DNA of 64,000 nt from Candidatus Bathyarchaeota archaeon. Its GTDB lineage: Archaea; Thermoproteota; Bathyarchaeia; Bathyarchaeales; Bathycorpusculaceae. Positions 28,730 through 39,374 of the stretch are shown here, one piece after another. Location of the stretch: the NCBI GenBank assembly GCA_963833575.1, contig CAWHXY010000007.1, positions 160,001 to 224,000 of the forward strand, in the 5' to 3' direction. The position numbers and the translations under genes were made by a program. Within the stretch, counting starts at the first letter, position 1; every line of letters starts with the position of its first letter. Below the pieces are notes generated by a model. That model worked only from the letters and a program-made list of their open reading frames with translations. It ran no database searches and was not told the origin of the DNA.

Positions 28730-29728
28730 ATGACAGACATCATTACTGTAAAGAACCTTGTTGAAGTCTATTCTGATGGAACCAAAGCCGTTGACGACAT
28801 CACTTTTAATGTAAGCGAAGGAGAGTTTTTCGGTTTTCTGGGCCCAAACGGAGCTGGAAAAAGCACAACAATCAAAATTCTAACGACGCTCCTGAAAAAA
28901 ACATCAGGCACCGTCTCAATCGCAGGATTCGACGTTGATAAGCAAGCACCTGAAATCCGCAAAATCATCGGCGTTCAAAGTCAAGAAACCTCCATCGACG
29001 GCGACTTGACAGGCAGAGAAAATATAACTCTTCAAGGTCATTACCACCAAATGGACAGCGGCGACATCAAAAAACGTGTAAATGAACTTATTGCCTTGGT
29101 AGGTTTAGAAGCAGCCGCCGATAGACGCGCAAGAAACTACTCTGGCGGGATGAAAAAACGCCTCGACCTTGCCACCGCTCTTGTCCACAAACCCAAAATG
29201 TTGTTTTTGGATGAGCCTACAACGGGTTTGGACCCTCAATCGCGGTCAGCTATATGGAGCTATCTGGAAAAATTAAACAAAGAAGAACAGATAACAATAT
29301 TCTTAACGACCCAGTATCTGGAAGAAGCTGACAAATTATGTAAAAGACTTTCGATAATTGATGTTGGAAAAATAGTTGCGAGCGGCTCTCCAGTAGAGTT
29401 GAAACATGAAATTGGTGCTGATTCCATCAGAATTTCGCTTGAGAACTGCCAAAGAGACAACAATAAAGCAAAAGAACTCATAAAAACCCTTACAGGAGTC
29501 AACGAAATTATAGATTCTGAAGAATGCCTAACAGTATACGCCAAAAACGCTGGACTGTTAATAGCGGATATTGTGCGAGCCTTAGACAGCACCGACATTC
29601 GGATTGGGTCAGTAATATTTTCTTCGCCATCTCTGGATGACGTCTTTATGAAGCACACCGGCAAAAGAATACGAACGGAAGAACTAGTTAAGGCCCCAAG
29701 CGCCATGTGGGGCGGTGCAAGGAGATGA
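28730..29728 (+). CDS. ABC-2 exporter ATP-binding subunit (DrrA-like)
   Basis: GPNGAGKST, YSGGM, LDEPT, TTQY. Confidence 0.95.
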   Translation: MTDIITVKNLVEVYSDGTKAVDDITFNVSEGEFFGFLGPNGAGKSTTIKILTTLLKKTSGTVSIAGFDVDKQAPEIRKIIGVQSQETSIDGDLTGRENITLQGHYHQMDSGDIKKRVNELIALVGLEAAADRRARNYSGGMKKRLDLATALVHKPKMLFLDEPTTGLDPQSRSAIWSYLEKLNKEEQITIFLTTQYLEEADKLCKRLSIIDVGKIVASGSPVELKHEIGADSIRISLENCQRDNNKAKELIKTLTGVNEIIDSEECLTVYAKNAGLLIADIVRALDSTDIRIGSVIFSSPSLDDVFMKHTGKRIRTEELVKAPSAMWGGARR

Positions 29729-29734
29729 ATAAAA

Positions 29735-30526
29735 ATGACTTTACTTTCTGATACCCGATACATATTCATAAGATACCTAACTAAACTTATCCGAACCCCA
29801 ATCCTGCTATTCTTCTCTCTCTTCCAACCTATCTTATTCCTGGTTCTGTTTACGCAGCTGTTAGGCAAACTTTCCAATTTTCCAGGAGTATTACCCGCTG
29901 GTGTAGCTTATCTTGAGTTTGCAGCTGCCGGAATTGTGATGCAAAACGCCTTTGGAAGCGCATTGCAGTCAGGAAACTCAATTGTGGCTGACATCGATTC
30001 GGGGTATTTGCAGAAAATGCTCGTGACGCCAGTGAGTCGTCCTGCAATTCTGCTCGGCAGATTAGCCAGTGATGCGTTCAGGGTTGTTGTCCAAACAGCT
30101 ATAATTCTTGGGTTAGGATACGCTTTAGGTGTTGCCGAAAACAAGCCCTTCTACGTTACCACTGGTGTTGTCGGAATTTTGCTTATTTTTTTCACGCTTG
30201 CCTTCTTTGGGCTTGCGTGGTCAGGGATTTCTTTAGCGTTAGGTATGAAGACGAGGAGTTCTGAGACGGTTTTTGCGATCGGCGGAGTCATCACTTTCCC
30301 GTTGCTGTTCCTGAGTCCAGCATTGTTTCCTCTTAGTTTCCTGCCTGGTTGGGTGCAAACGGTCTCGATGTTTAACCCTGTAAGTTACTGTGTCACCGCC
30401 ACCCGCGCACTTATGATCAACGGCTACCAATGGAGCACGATTCTTCCAGCTTGGGGTGTAATAGGCTTAGTCGCCGTTATTACGATGAGCGCAACACTTT
30501 ATCAGTTCAGAAAAGTCGTGAGCTAA
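29735..30526 (+). CDS. ABC-2 exporter permease
   Basis: LVTPVSR..ILLG, LPGW......NPVSY. Confidence 0.93.
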   Translation: MTLLSDTRYIFIRYLTKLIRTPILLFFSLFQPILFLVLFTQLLGKLSNFPGVLPAGVAYLEFAAAGIVMQNAFGSALQSGNSIVADIDSGYLQKMLVTPVSRPAILLGRLASDAFRVVVQTAIILGLGYALGVAENKPFYVTTGVVGILLIFFTLAFFGLAWSGISLALGMKTRSSETVFAIGGVITFPLLFLSPALFPLSFLPGWVQTVSMFNPVSYCVTATRALMINGYQWSTILPAWGVIGLVAVITMSATLYQFRKVVS

Positions 30527-30730
30527 GGGTAAATATGAGTGTCAACATCGAGCGGTTAATTTAACCGCTAGATTTTTTCTTCAATCAATTCAGACTCAAC
30601 GTCAAGCCCTTTTAGCGATTTAGAAAACCCAGCCATAATGTTTCCGATTGTTTTCTGAACAAAATTGTTCAAAGGCAACTCTTTTCCAGCAACAAACATT
30701 TTGGTTTCAAAAGTTTTTTCATTAGTCTAT
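30525..30730 (-). pseudogene. Remnant of a small protein resembling the MobB C-terminal domain
   Basis: TKMFVAGKELPLNNFVQKTIGNIMAGFSKSLKG...KI*RLN*PLDVDTHIYP*; damaged start; coordinates approximate. Confidence 0.5.
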
Positions 30731-31156
30731 GTTTTTCTTTCATAAATTCACCAATTAATTTTTTTTTTAAAACTGATAATGGCTTCTGTCATGTGTTCTA
30801 TCCTGACTCATGACCGCAAACCAGTTTGTGAATGTACTTCTAACTTACAATTTAATCATGGAATTTGCATTTTTTTTGTTCTTAATATTTAAATCTAAGA
30901 GAATCGCTTTATTGAAAACCAGCTCGGGGTAGTATGGGAGAAGACAAAGCTGCACGGGAGAGCATAGCCTGCAATAAGTTTGCAGAGATTAATTTTCAAG
31001 TAGAAGACAGTCTGCATCTCGTAGTTGACACTGTGCAATTGCGCAGTTTACGTGCAGATAAACTTATATGCGTTCAAAGCAACGCTTCTGAATATAACAA
31101 TTGCCTAAAAGTCCATACCCTTTGGGAAGCTTTGACGATGAAATGTAAAGACATTA

Positions 31157-31501
31157 ATGGAGAGATGTCGATTGCTTCTTGAAGCCCTTATAGCCTTTGT
31201 ATTAATTTTTATTTCAACATACGCAATTTACGTAATAGGCAAAAGGTCAGCGCCTAAAACCACTATAAGCGACAACGAACAGGCATCATACGCTTGTGGC
31301 GAAAAAGCGACCTTCCTTGGTTTAAAAATTAATGTGTCTTTATACAAATATCTAATTTACTTTGTAATCTTTGACTCAGCCGTACTTGTGCTTGCTTTTG
31401 CTTCTTTTGCATTAGCAGGGACAAATCCACTTTTCTTAATTCTTTACCTCGGCATAATTCTTGCTGCAGGTTTGATTCTTTTAGAAGGAGGCAAAGAATA
31501 A
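31157..31501 (+). CDS. NuoA-like membrane subunit of complex-I-like hydrogenase
   Basis: YACGE, YLIYFVIFD, 3 TM; true start possibly TTG 31172. Confidence 0.85.
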   Translation: MERCRLLLEALIAFVLIFISTYAIYVIGKRSAPKTTISDNEQASYACGEKATFLGLKINVSLYKYLIYFVIFDSAVLVLAFASFALAGTNPLFLILYLGIILAAGLILLEGGKE

Positions 31502-32059
31502 ATGACAAATACAGTAACCTGGTCACGCGTCAAATCGCCATGGGTCTTGCATTTTAACTCGGGCGCCTGCAACGGATGCGACATAGAAATAGTTGCTTTA
31601 CTAACACCAAAATACGACGTTGAACGTTTTGGCATAAAGCTTGAGCCCTCACCAAGACACGCTGATGTTTTGTTAGTAACTGGTTGTGTAACTCAACAAT
31701 GTGCGGAACGACTAAAACGTGTCTATGACCAAATGCCCCAACCCAAATTTGTTGTAGCTATTGGTGCTTGCGCATGCAGTGGCGGAGTATTTGCAGGCAA
31801 TTATAATGTAGTTGGTGGAGTAGACAAAGTGATTCCAGTTACCGCTTACATACCTGGATGCCCACCCCGTCCAGAAGCAATGATAGATGGCGTTGTTAAA
31901 CTCTTAAACGCATTAAATCCGCCTAAACCAAAAAAACTATCAAAACAAGAAAAGCAAGAAGAAGAACGTAAGGCAAAAGAAGCAAAACATGCAGTTGCCT
32001 TACCAGAATTAACGATTAAACCTGAAATTGAGGAGTCAAAACCAAATGTCAAACAATAA
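31502..32059 (+). CDS. Hydrogenase small subunit (NuoB/EchC/MbhJ-like)
   Basis: GACNGCDIE, SPRHAD, GAC..SGG, PGCPPRP. Confidence 0.93.
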   Translation: MTNTVTWSRVKSPWVLHFNSGACNGCDIEIVALLTPKYDVERFGIKLEPSPRHADVLLVTGCVTQQCAERLKRVYDQMPQPKFVVAIGACACSGGVFAGNYNVVGGVDKVIPVTAYIPGCPPRPEAMIDGVVKLLNALNPPKPKKLSKQEKQEEERKAKEAKHAVALPELTIKPEIEESKPNVKQ

Positions 32060-33617
32060 GATAGACATCATTAGTGTAATACAATCTAAACTTAAAGATA
32101 AAGTTCAGATTCAATTAGGTGAGTTGGGAACAGCCGCCATTAACACTAGTAATGGCTTGCATAGAGCTGTTCTCAAAGCGATGATTGATGCTGATGAAAA
32201 AACTGGTATTACCGCAATAACTGGTCTTGACCTCGGAGCTAACCTAGGTATTTTATATCATACACATACCTCAAATGCTTTCATAACAATAAGAGCCGAA
32301 GTACCAAAAGATAACCCGAAGATTCAAACAATAGTTGACCTTATTCCTGGCGCAGCATTTCATGAACTTGAAGTTTCAGACCTTTTTGGTGTTATCTTCG
32401 AGGGCAATGAACTCAAAGGACATCTTGTACTTTCTGAAAACTGGCCTGAAGGCATTTACCCATTAAGAAAGGATGTTAAGGCGAACGAAATAAAACTTGT
32501 TCCAGCACCCGAAGAGCAAAAGCCTCCTGAAATGGGGAAACTTGTCAAAATCATCATAGGTCCACAGCATCCAGCGTTACTAGAGCCGGAAAAATTTGCT
32601 GTAACAGTCGATGGGGAAACTGTAACAAAGGTTGAACCTAGAATCGGTTACGTTCACAGAGGCATAGAGAAAGCATCTGAAACTCGAACTTACGTCCAAG
32701 ATGTTTACTTAGTTGAACGAATCTGCGGAATATGCAACGCTTGCCATGCTTATGGTTTAGTTGCAGCAACAGAAAAAATATTAAAAACTCAAGTTCCAGA
32801 ACGAGCCAAATACTTACGTGTAATAGATCTTGAGTTTAACCGATTACACAGTCACTTGTTAACTTTAGGACATGCAGGATTAGAAATCGGTTACGAAACA
32901 TTATTCCAATATTTCTGGAGAGACCGAGAACCGATTATGGATCTCATCGAGTTAATTAGCGGTAACCGCGTTTATGCGTCCCTTATGACAATTGGTGGGG
33001 TTAGAAGAGACTTAAAAGAAACTGATTTCCCAAAAATTAAGACAACTTTAGAGGAATTACGAAAGAAGATACCGTTCTATAGACAAATTTACGAAAATGA
33101 ACCGTCAATAAAAGCTCGTATGAAAAACGTTGGCACACTCTCAAGAGAAGACGCAATAAAACTATGTGTTGTGGGTCCAGTAGCGAGAGGATCAGGATAC
33201 GATATCGATGTACGCAAAGATGATCCTTACGAAGCATACGGCGAAATTCCATTCAATAAGATAGTTTACACTGAAGGGGATACATGGGCTCGAATGAATG
33301 TTCGAATGGATGAAGTTGAGGAAAGCATCAACATAGTCCTTTTTGCGCTTGATCATATGCCAACAGGACCATTCCGAGTTGATGTACCTCGAAATGTGCT
33401 CGTAGGAGAAGCGGTAAGTCGTAACGAAGCACCAAGAGGCGAACTATTTTATTACGTTAAAAGTAACGGTACCGCGTTCCCAGAACGTGTTAAAGTCCGC
33501 ACTCCAACATTCGCTAACATCCCGTCATTTCTTAAAACAGCAATTGGCGAAAACATAGCTGATGTTCCACCGAACTTTGTAAGCTTAGACCCCTGCTTCT
33601 CATGCACTGACAGGTGA
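32046..33617 (+). CDS. Group 4 [NiFe]-hydrogenase large subunit fused to NuoC-like domain
   Basis: N-terminal E..DLFG..F...YPLRKD; GPQHP, GYVHRG; L1 ERICGIC..CH; L2 DPCFSCTDR at C-terminus; ATG 32046. Confidence 0.93.
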   Translation: MSNNKIDIISVIQSKLKDKVQIQLGELGTAAINTSNGLHRAVLKAMIDADEKTGITAITGLDLGANLGILYHTHTSNAFITIRAEVPKDNPKIQTIVDLIPGAAFHELEVSDLFGVIFEGNELKGHLVLSENWPEGIYPLRKDVKANEIKLVPAPEEQKPPEMGKLVKIIIGPQHPALLEPEKFAVTVDGETVTKVEPRIGYVHRGIEKASETRTYVQDVYLVERICGICNACHAYGLVAATEKILKTQVPERAKYLRVIDLEFNRLHSHLLTLGHAGLEIGYETLFQYFWRDREPIMDLIELISGNRVYASLMTIGGVRRDLKETDFPKIKTTLEELRKKIPFYRQIYENEPSIKARMKNVGTLSREDAIKLCVVGPVARGSGYDIDVRKDDPYEAYGEIPFNKIVYTEGDTWARMNVRMDEVEESINIVLFALDHMPTGPFRVDVPRNVLVGEAVSRNEAPRGELFYYVKSNGTAFPERVKVRTPTFANIPSFLKTAIGENIADVPPNFVSLDPCFSCTDR

Positions 33618-33621
33618 CATA

Positions 33622-34626
33622 ATGATTGACATTTGGCTAATCCTACGAATTCTAATTTTCCCAGGTTTCGCATTCATACTAATATTAACTTTGTTTTGCG
33701 ATTGGGTTGAACGAAAATTTGAGGCACGTATACAAAACCGTGTAGGTCCCATGGTAGCAGGACCCGCGGGAATCCTTCAACCATTAGCAGACTTCATAAA
33801 ACTACTTACAAAAGAAGATATTGAACCAAGAGATTCAAAGAGAATCGTTTTCAAATTTGCACCTCTTGTTGCTTTCACAATTATGGTTTTTGCAATATGC
33901 TTTTTGCCTATTGATGGAGCCAGCGTTCTGTCTACAGGAGGCTTTAACGGCGATTTAATTATTATTTTAGCGTTTTCAACAATTGCAAGTTTTCTGCTCT
34001 TTCTCTCAGGATGGGCATCCTGCAATCCTTATGGAACTATCAGCGCAGCTAGAGTCCTAACTCAATTCATGGGTTACGATATACCGCTTTTTCTTATTGC
34101 GTTAACTCCTGCATTTATAGTAGGAAGTTTAAGCATATTCACAATTGCCTCAGGAGTAACTTTAGCTTCAGGTCAAACTATTCCCATTATACTTTTAGCG
34201 CCATGGGCTTTCGTTTTATTCATTATAACAATGCAAGCAGAACTGGAAAAAGATCCCTTTGACGTCCCAGATGCAGAAAGCGAGTTGGTTGGAGGCTTAG
34301 AAACGGAATTCACAGGCGCAAAATTAGCGTTCCTTCATTTGACACGTGATGTGCAAATAGTTTTTGGTTCTGCGTTAGTAGTAGAATTGTTCCTCGGCGG
34401 TCCTTATGGTCCAGTATTCTTTGGGATACCGGCATTCTGGTATTCTTTGTGGTTTGTACTAAAACTCTTAGCAGTCGTAATTATTACAGAATATATAACA
34501 ACTCTTTTTGCAAGGTTACGAATTGATCAGGTGTTATCAGCAAACTGGAGAATACTACTGCCCGCAGCAATATTGTCGTTGATGCTAACTGTTGCATTAG
34601 TAACATGGGTTTATCCGTTGGTGTAA
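33622..34626 (+). CDS. NuoH-like membrane subunit
   Basis: ERK..ARIQNRVGP, QPLAD.IKLL.KE, PFD.PDAESELV.G..TE. Confidence 0.93.
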   Translation: MIDIWLILRILIFPGFAFILILTLFCDWVERKFEARIQNRVGPMVAGPAGILQPLADFIKLLTKEDIEPRDSKRIVFKFAPLVAFTIMVFAICFLPIDGASVLSTGGFNGDLIIILAFSTIASFLLFLSGWASCNPYGTISAARVLTQFMGYDIPLFLIALTPAFIVGSLSIFTIASGVTLASGQTIPIILLAPWAFVLFIITMQAELEKDPFDVPDAESELVGGLETEFTGAKLAFLHLTRDVQIVFGSALVVELFLGGPYGPVFFGIPAFWYSLWFVLKLLAVVIITEYITTLFARLRIDQVLSANWRILLPAAILSLMLTVALVTWVYPLV

Positions 34627-34630
34627 AACA

Positions 34631-35089
34631 ATGGCGAAGACAAAACCAAAGAAATCACGTATATCTCCAATGTTCAAACGAACCTTCTCTCACCTCTTCA
34701 CCAAACCCTATACTACCAAATATCCCTTCGTAAAGCCCAAACTTCCGGAAGGTTACCGAGGTAAACCAGAATACACCATTAAAGCGTGTAACATGATTGA
34801 ACTCTGCGGAAACAAAGGCGAGTTGTGTTTTGATGTAAAGTCATTAGTCAACACAAATTGCACCGTGTGCTGTCGAGATTGTCCAGCAGATGCAATTGAA
34901 ATAGTTGAAGTTGACGGCAAGAAACGTCCACAGTTTGATCTGAACAAATGCATCTTCTGCAATCAATGTGTTGAGAGCTGTCCCAGAAATGCAATAACTG
35001 GTACTGATAACTATGAGTTAGCAACGACGGATAAAGCGTCTTTAGTTAAAAAACCACAACCGAACGCAAAGGAAGGTACAAAACAATGA
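34631..35089 (+). CDS. NuoI-like 2x[4Fe-4S] subunit
   Basis: T.KYP...RG; CTVCCRDCP; CIFCNQCVESCP. Confidence 0.9.
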   Translation: MAKTKPKKSRISPMFKRTFSHLFTKPYTTKYPFVKPKLPEGYRGKPEYTIKACNMIELCGNKGELCFDVKSLVNTNCTVCCRDCPADAIEIVEVDGKKRPQFDLNKCIFCNQCVESCPRNAITGTDNYELATTDKASLVKKPQPNAKEGTKQ

Positions 35090-35547
35090 TTCTTGAAATT
35101 ATCTCAATAGGACTAATAATCTCCGCTTGTTTGGCATTGTTTCTTGATGAAATGGTTTATTCCGTTGCTGCTTTAGCAGGGACTTTTCTTTTCACATCAT
35201 TGTTATACATTGTAAACGGCTCTGATTTTGCAGCTATTTTCCAGTTTGTGGTCGGTGTTGGCACATTGGCCATCTTGTTCTTGTCAGGAGAAATGTTGGG
35301 CAATAAACCGACGAAGAAAGCTTCATCCAAGAAGACCTTTGCATTGATTGGTTTGGGCGGTGTTTTATCTTTGCCCGCTATTTTTCTTTCAGTTTCTGGT
35401 TCAACAGGAACAACATCCGACACATTTTTTGGTGACGCATTATGGAACCTAAGAGGCGTCGACGTTGTTATACAATCTTTAGTTGTTTTAACGGTGGCAT
35501 TAGGAATTGCCATCATATTATATGAACGGAGGAGCGGTGAGAAGTAA
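35086..35547 (+). CDS. NuoJ-like membrane subunit
   Basis: Five TM, A..Q..V.VG; position in operon. Confidence 0.85.
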   Translation: MILEIISIGLIISACLALFLDEMVYSVAALAGTFLFTSLLYIVNGSDFAAIFQFVVGVGTLAILFLSGEMLGNKPTKKASSKKTFALIGLGGVLSLPAIFLSVSGSTGTTSDTFFGDALWNLRGVDVVIQSLVVLTVALGIAIILYERRSGEK

Positions 35548-35864
35548 TGGACTTTGTAATCCTATCTCTTGTAATGCTGGCACTCGGAATCTATGGTTTG
35601 CTGACTAATCGCCAGCTCCTTAAAGTGTTCATTTCAGTTGAGTTAATCGCTACAGCTGCCACTTTAAACTTCGTAATGCTTGTTTCTTCTACGGGTCAAG
35701 GTTTAGGACAGGCGATTCTGATTTTGGCGTTTTCAACAGATACCGCTGTTAGCGCAGTAATTTTGGCGTTACTTGTTATTGTATCAAAAAAGTATGGAAC
35801 AAGTAACATTAGTGAAATATTAAAAATGCAGGGAAAAGTCGAAAGTGAGGCTGAAGCACAATGA
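35547..35864 (+). CDS. NuoK-like membrane subunit
   Basis: GIYGLL.R.LLK..ISVEL, 3 TM. Confidence 0.88.
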   Translation: MDFVILSLVMLALGIYGLLTNRQLLKVFISVELIATAATLNFVMLVSSTGQGLGQAILILAFSTDTAVSAVILALLVIVSKKYGTSNISEILKMQGKVESEAEAQ

Positions 35865-37792
35865 CGTATGACAGTGTTGCTGCGTGGCTTGTTTGGGTAA
35901 TTCCACTCATTGCCTGCCTTTTCGTACCAGTTGTAGCGAAGAAAGGTGATAAAGTAAGAAATTACTTCGTGATTGCAATTGCTGTAGTTGTAGCATTTTT
36001 GGCATTTTCAATGGTGCCTGGCGTATTTTTCGGCAACGGACAGGTTGAGCCTTCATCATACGTGAGTTGGATTCAAGGCCTCAACGCTGGAGTATTTATT
36101 GACCCACTTAGCGTATTATTCACTTGTCTTATTGCGTTCTTCGGATTAATCATAGCCGTTTATTCTTGGGGCTACATGAAGGGCGAAGAAGGACTAACAC
36201 GATACTACTTCTTACTTATGCTCTTCATCGGCTCAATGATAGGTCTTGTAATTTCAGATAACATGCTTCAACTGTTTATTTTCTGGGAAATGGTGGGCTT
36301 ATGCTCGTACGCTTTAATTGCGTTCTGGTATAAGCGTCCCGAATCAATTAACGCAGGCGTAAAAGTTTTCATCATGACGCGCATCGGCGACATATCATTG
36401 CTTGCAGCCATTGGCTTACTCTACGCAGGTCCACTCATCAATGGGCAAGCTATCGGATCATTTAGCTTCCGAGATGTAATGCAAGCACTTTCAACGGCCG
36501 CAAGCAATGGGACCTTGAACCTGAACCTAATGGTTGTGGTTTTCTTCTTGGTTTTAGGCGGAGCAATTGCAAAGTCCGCTCAGCTTCCATTGTTCACTTG
36601 GCTCTATAGCGCAATGGAGGCACCCACCTCAGTCAGCGCCCTCTTACACGCTGCGACAATGGTTAAGGCAGGAATCTACCTTCTTGCAAGATTTATTCTA
36701 ATTGCCTCAGTTGCAATGCCATTAATTACGGCTTTGGGCACACAATACTGGTTTGCAACGGTTACATGGATAGGTGTTTTGACCGCGCTTGTCGGTGCAA
36801 CTTTAGCCATAACTACAACTGACATCAAAGGAGTTTTGGCGTATTCCACTGTTAGCCAAATAGGTTTTATGATGGCTGGTTTGGGCACTGCTGTTGCTGG
36901 AGCTTCATCAGTTGGTTGGTTTGCCAGCTTATTCCATATGGTAAGCCATGCTTTCTTCGAAGGTTTGGGATTCCTCCTAGCAGGTGGTATCATACATGCC
37001 ATTGGTACTCGTGACATGCGTTTGATGGGTGGCTTAAGAAAAGCTATGCCAGTCACTTTCATTTTGATGGCAATAATGGTTATAACAACAAGCGGTTTGC
37101 CGCCGTTTGCCGCATTCTTTAGCAAAGGTCTAATCATAACAAGTGTAACTGACGTAAACCTGATACAGGCAGTTCTGCTTTATGCCACTGCGGCAATAAC
37201 GTTTGCCTATGTCATAAGAATGTTAAGTTTAGTTTTTATGGGCAAAGAATCAGAGCACTTACAGAAACAGCATGTGCATGAAGCACCTAAAGTCATGTTA
37301 ATCCCTGCTGCAATTCTCGCAGGATTATGCATTGTGTGGGGCTTGTCAATGACTTTGGTCGCGAACTTTATGCATCTAAATAGCCTTGGGCTCTCACTGC
37401 TGGGTTCATTAACTGACATAGAAACTCCAATCTTCTTAGCACTTCTAGTGCCTACCGGTCTGCTCGTTTACTGGGCTTACTACAAGAATACCATGAGCAT
37501 AAGAAGCCTTGGCGGTGGGTCAAACCCAATTGCAACAATGCTAAAGCACGCTTACTTCTTTGACGACTTCTACGGCATCTTAGTTAAAGGACTTACCAGG
37601 CTTTCTGACGGCGTCAAATATGTCGAAGATTCAGCAAATCAACTGACAACCAGCTTTGCAACGGGAGTAGTTGTCGCTGCTTCCAAACTGAAGAAAGTGC
37701 CATCCACAACAGTGCAAAACTACATCGCTGCATCAGTGGTTGGTTTCATCCTGATCGTAGTTCTGATAATACTAACCATCGGAGGACTTTAA
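35861..37792 (+). CDS. NuoL-like antiporter subunit
   Basis: FWE, KSAQLP..WL..AMEAPT.VSALLHAATMVKAG, LAYST.SQ.G. Confidence 0.93.
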   Translation: MTYDSVAAWLVWVIPLIACLFVPVVAKKGDKVRNYFVIAIAVVVAFLAFSMVPGVFFGNGQVEPSSYVSWIQGLNAGVFIDPLSVLFTCLIAFFGLIIAVYSWGYMKGEEGLTRYYFLLMLFIGSMIGLVISDNMLQLFIFWEMVGLCSYALIAFWYKRPESINAGVKVFIMTRIGDISLLAAIGLLYAGPLINGQAIGSFSFRDVMQALSTAASNGTLNLNLMVVVFFLVLGGAIAKSAQLPLFTWLYSAMEAPTSVSALLHAATMVKAGIYLLARFILIASVAMPLITALGTQYWFATVTWIGVLTALVGATLAITTTDIKGVLAYSTVSQIGFMMAGLGTAVAGASSVGWFASLFHMVSHAFFEGLGFLLAGGIIHAIGTRDMRLMGGLRKAMPVTFILMAIMVITTSGLPPFAAFFSKGLIITSVTDVNLIQAVLLYATAAITFAYVIRMLSLVFMGKESEHLQKQHVHEAPKVMLIPAAILAGLCIVWGLSMTLVANFMHLNSLGLSLLGSLTDIETPIFLALLVPTGLLVYWAYYKNTMSIRSLGGGSNPIATMLKHAYFFDDFYGILVKGLTRLSDGVKYVEDSANQLTTSFATGVVVAASKLKKVPSTTVQNYIAASVVGFILIVVLIILTIGGL

Positions 37793-37796
37793 CAAA

Positions 37797-39374
37797 ATGT
37801 TTCCAGCTCTTTTAGCAGTATTTGCTATTCCAACCATAAGCATACCATTTGTCTACTTAACAGGAAAGAAATCGCCTAAAGCAGCCGCCATCTTTGTAGC
37901 TTTAATCGCATTAGTCAACATCATCTTAATTTTAACCACGGTACCAACAGTGCTCAATGGAACAATAATCAACGGTACGCTTCAGCACCGATATATTGAA
38001 TCCTACTCGTGGATTAGCGTCATAAACACATCATTCACGCTATTTACTGATGGCATTAGCGCTTCCGTGGCCTTAATCAGTCTTGCTTTAGTTCTAGTAG
38101 CATCTCTTTTCTCAATAACTTATATGGCTGGCAAAAAGCATCTAGCCGCATATTATGCGCTGTTATGCATGCTTTCCGTTGGGATGGTGGGTGTTTTCTT
38201 AACATCTAACCTGATTTTATTCTATTTCTGCTGGGAACTAATGCTTGTTCCAGCTTACTTTATAGTTGGTGAGTGGGGATATAGAGACTCCTACAAACAA
38301 GCCTTCAAACTTTTTATATGGACGCATGCAGGCGCAGTTTTCGTTCTCCTAGGCATCGGAGCGGTTTATGTTGCAACAGGTGGACAAACCGATATGTTTG
38401 CTGCCCAAACCGCTTTGGCGGGTGTTGGTGTTGCAGGCTCAGCCATTGTGAAATGGACTCTTATCGCGTTGACAGCGGGATTCGCGGTTAAAATGGCCGT
38501 TCTCCCCGTTCACTTTTGGCTTCCTGATGCTCACTCAGAAGCTCCAGCACCAATGTCCGCGCTCCTAAGCGGTGTCATAATCAGTGCAGGAGCTTACGCA
38601 ATTCTACGCCTTTCGCTCGGCATGGTTTTTCCCGCAGTGGGAATAACATTTGGAACAAACTTCCTATACGCATTAGCTATTGTGGGTGTACTGTCTGCTT
38701 TCTTTGGATCACTAATCGCCTTGGTTTCCACAGACATAAAGCGACTTATCGCATACTCAAGCATCGCCCACATGGGCTATATTATGTTCGGCCTTTCACT
38801 CTTCCCAGCAAATGTTGCTGCTGGAACAGCAGTAATCTTGGTTTCCTCTCTCGCAATTACGGGAACGGTACTTCATATTGTCAGTCACGCTGTAAGCAAA
38901 GGACTTCTCTTCCTTACCGCTGGAGGGGTCATGCATCAAACAGAAAAACGTGATATCCGCAAAATGGGTGGATTAGCAAGCAAAATGCCGTTCACTGCAG
39001 TATCATCAACAATAGCAGCGTTAAGCATTGCAGGAGCACCACCATTCGCGTGCTTCATCAGTGAATTTCTAATCTTCGTAGGCGCTTTTCAGGTAATAAA
39101 AACTGACAGCTTCTACATCATTCCCACTGCCCTCATGCTAATAGCAACAGTAATTTCACTCGCGTATATGCTAAGATTCACATCAAAAATTTATCTTGGT
39201 CAACCGGCAGCTGAAGAAGTTGTAGAAGGCCAAGAGCCACATAAAATCGTTGATGTATCTAACTGGATGAAACTATCCCTAGCAATATTGGTAGTTCTAG
39301 TGGTGCTTGTAGGGATCTACCCGACGTTCTTCCTGAACCTAATTCAAACTGTCACTTTCGGGGGTACAATCTAA
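37797..39374 (+). CDS. NuoM-like antiporter subunit
   Basis: WE, K....P.HFWLPDAHSEAP, IAYSSIAH. Confidence 0.93.
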   Translation: MFPALLAVFAIPTISIPFVYLTGKKSPKAAAIFVALIALVNIILILTTVPTVLNGTIINGTLQHRYIESYSWISVINTSFTLFTDGISASVALISLALVLVASLFSITYMAGKKHLAAYYALLCMLSVGMVGVFLTSNLILFYFCWELMLVPAYFIVGEWGYRDSYKQAFKLFIWTHAGAVFVLLGIGAVYVATGGQTDMFAAQTALAGVGVAGSAIVKWTLIALTAGFAVKMAVLPVHFWLPDAHSEAPAPMSALLSGVIISAGAYAILRLSLGMVFPAVGITFGTNFLYALAIVGVLSAFFGSLIALVSTDIKRLIAYSSIAHMGYIMFGLSLFPANVAAGTAVILVSSLAITGTVLHIVSHAVSKGLLFLTAGGVMHQTEKRDIRKMGGLASKMPFTAVSSTIAALSIAGAPPFACFISEFLIFVGAFQVIKTDSFYIIPTALMLIATVISLAYMLRFTSKIYLGQPAAEEVVEGQEPHKIVDVSNWMKLSLAILVVLVVLVGIYPTFFLNLIQTVTFGGTI

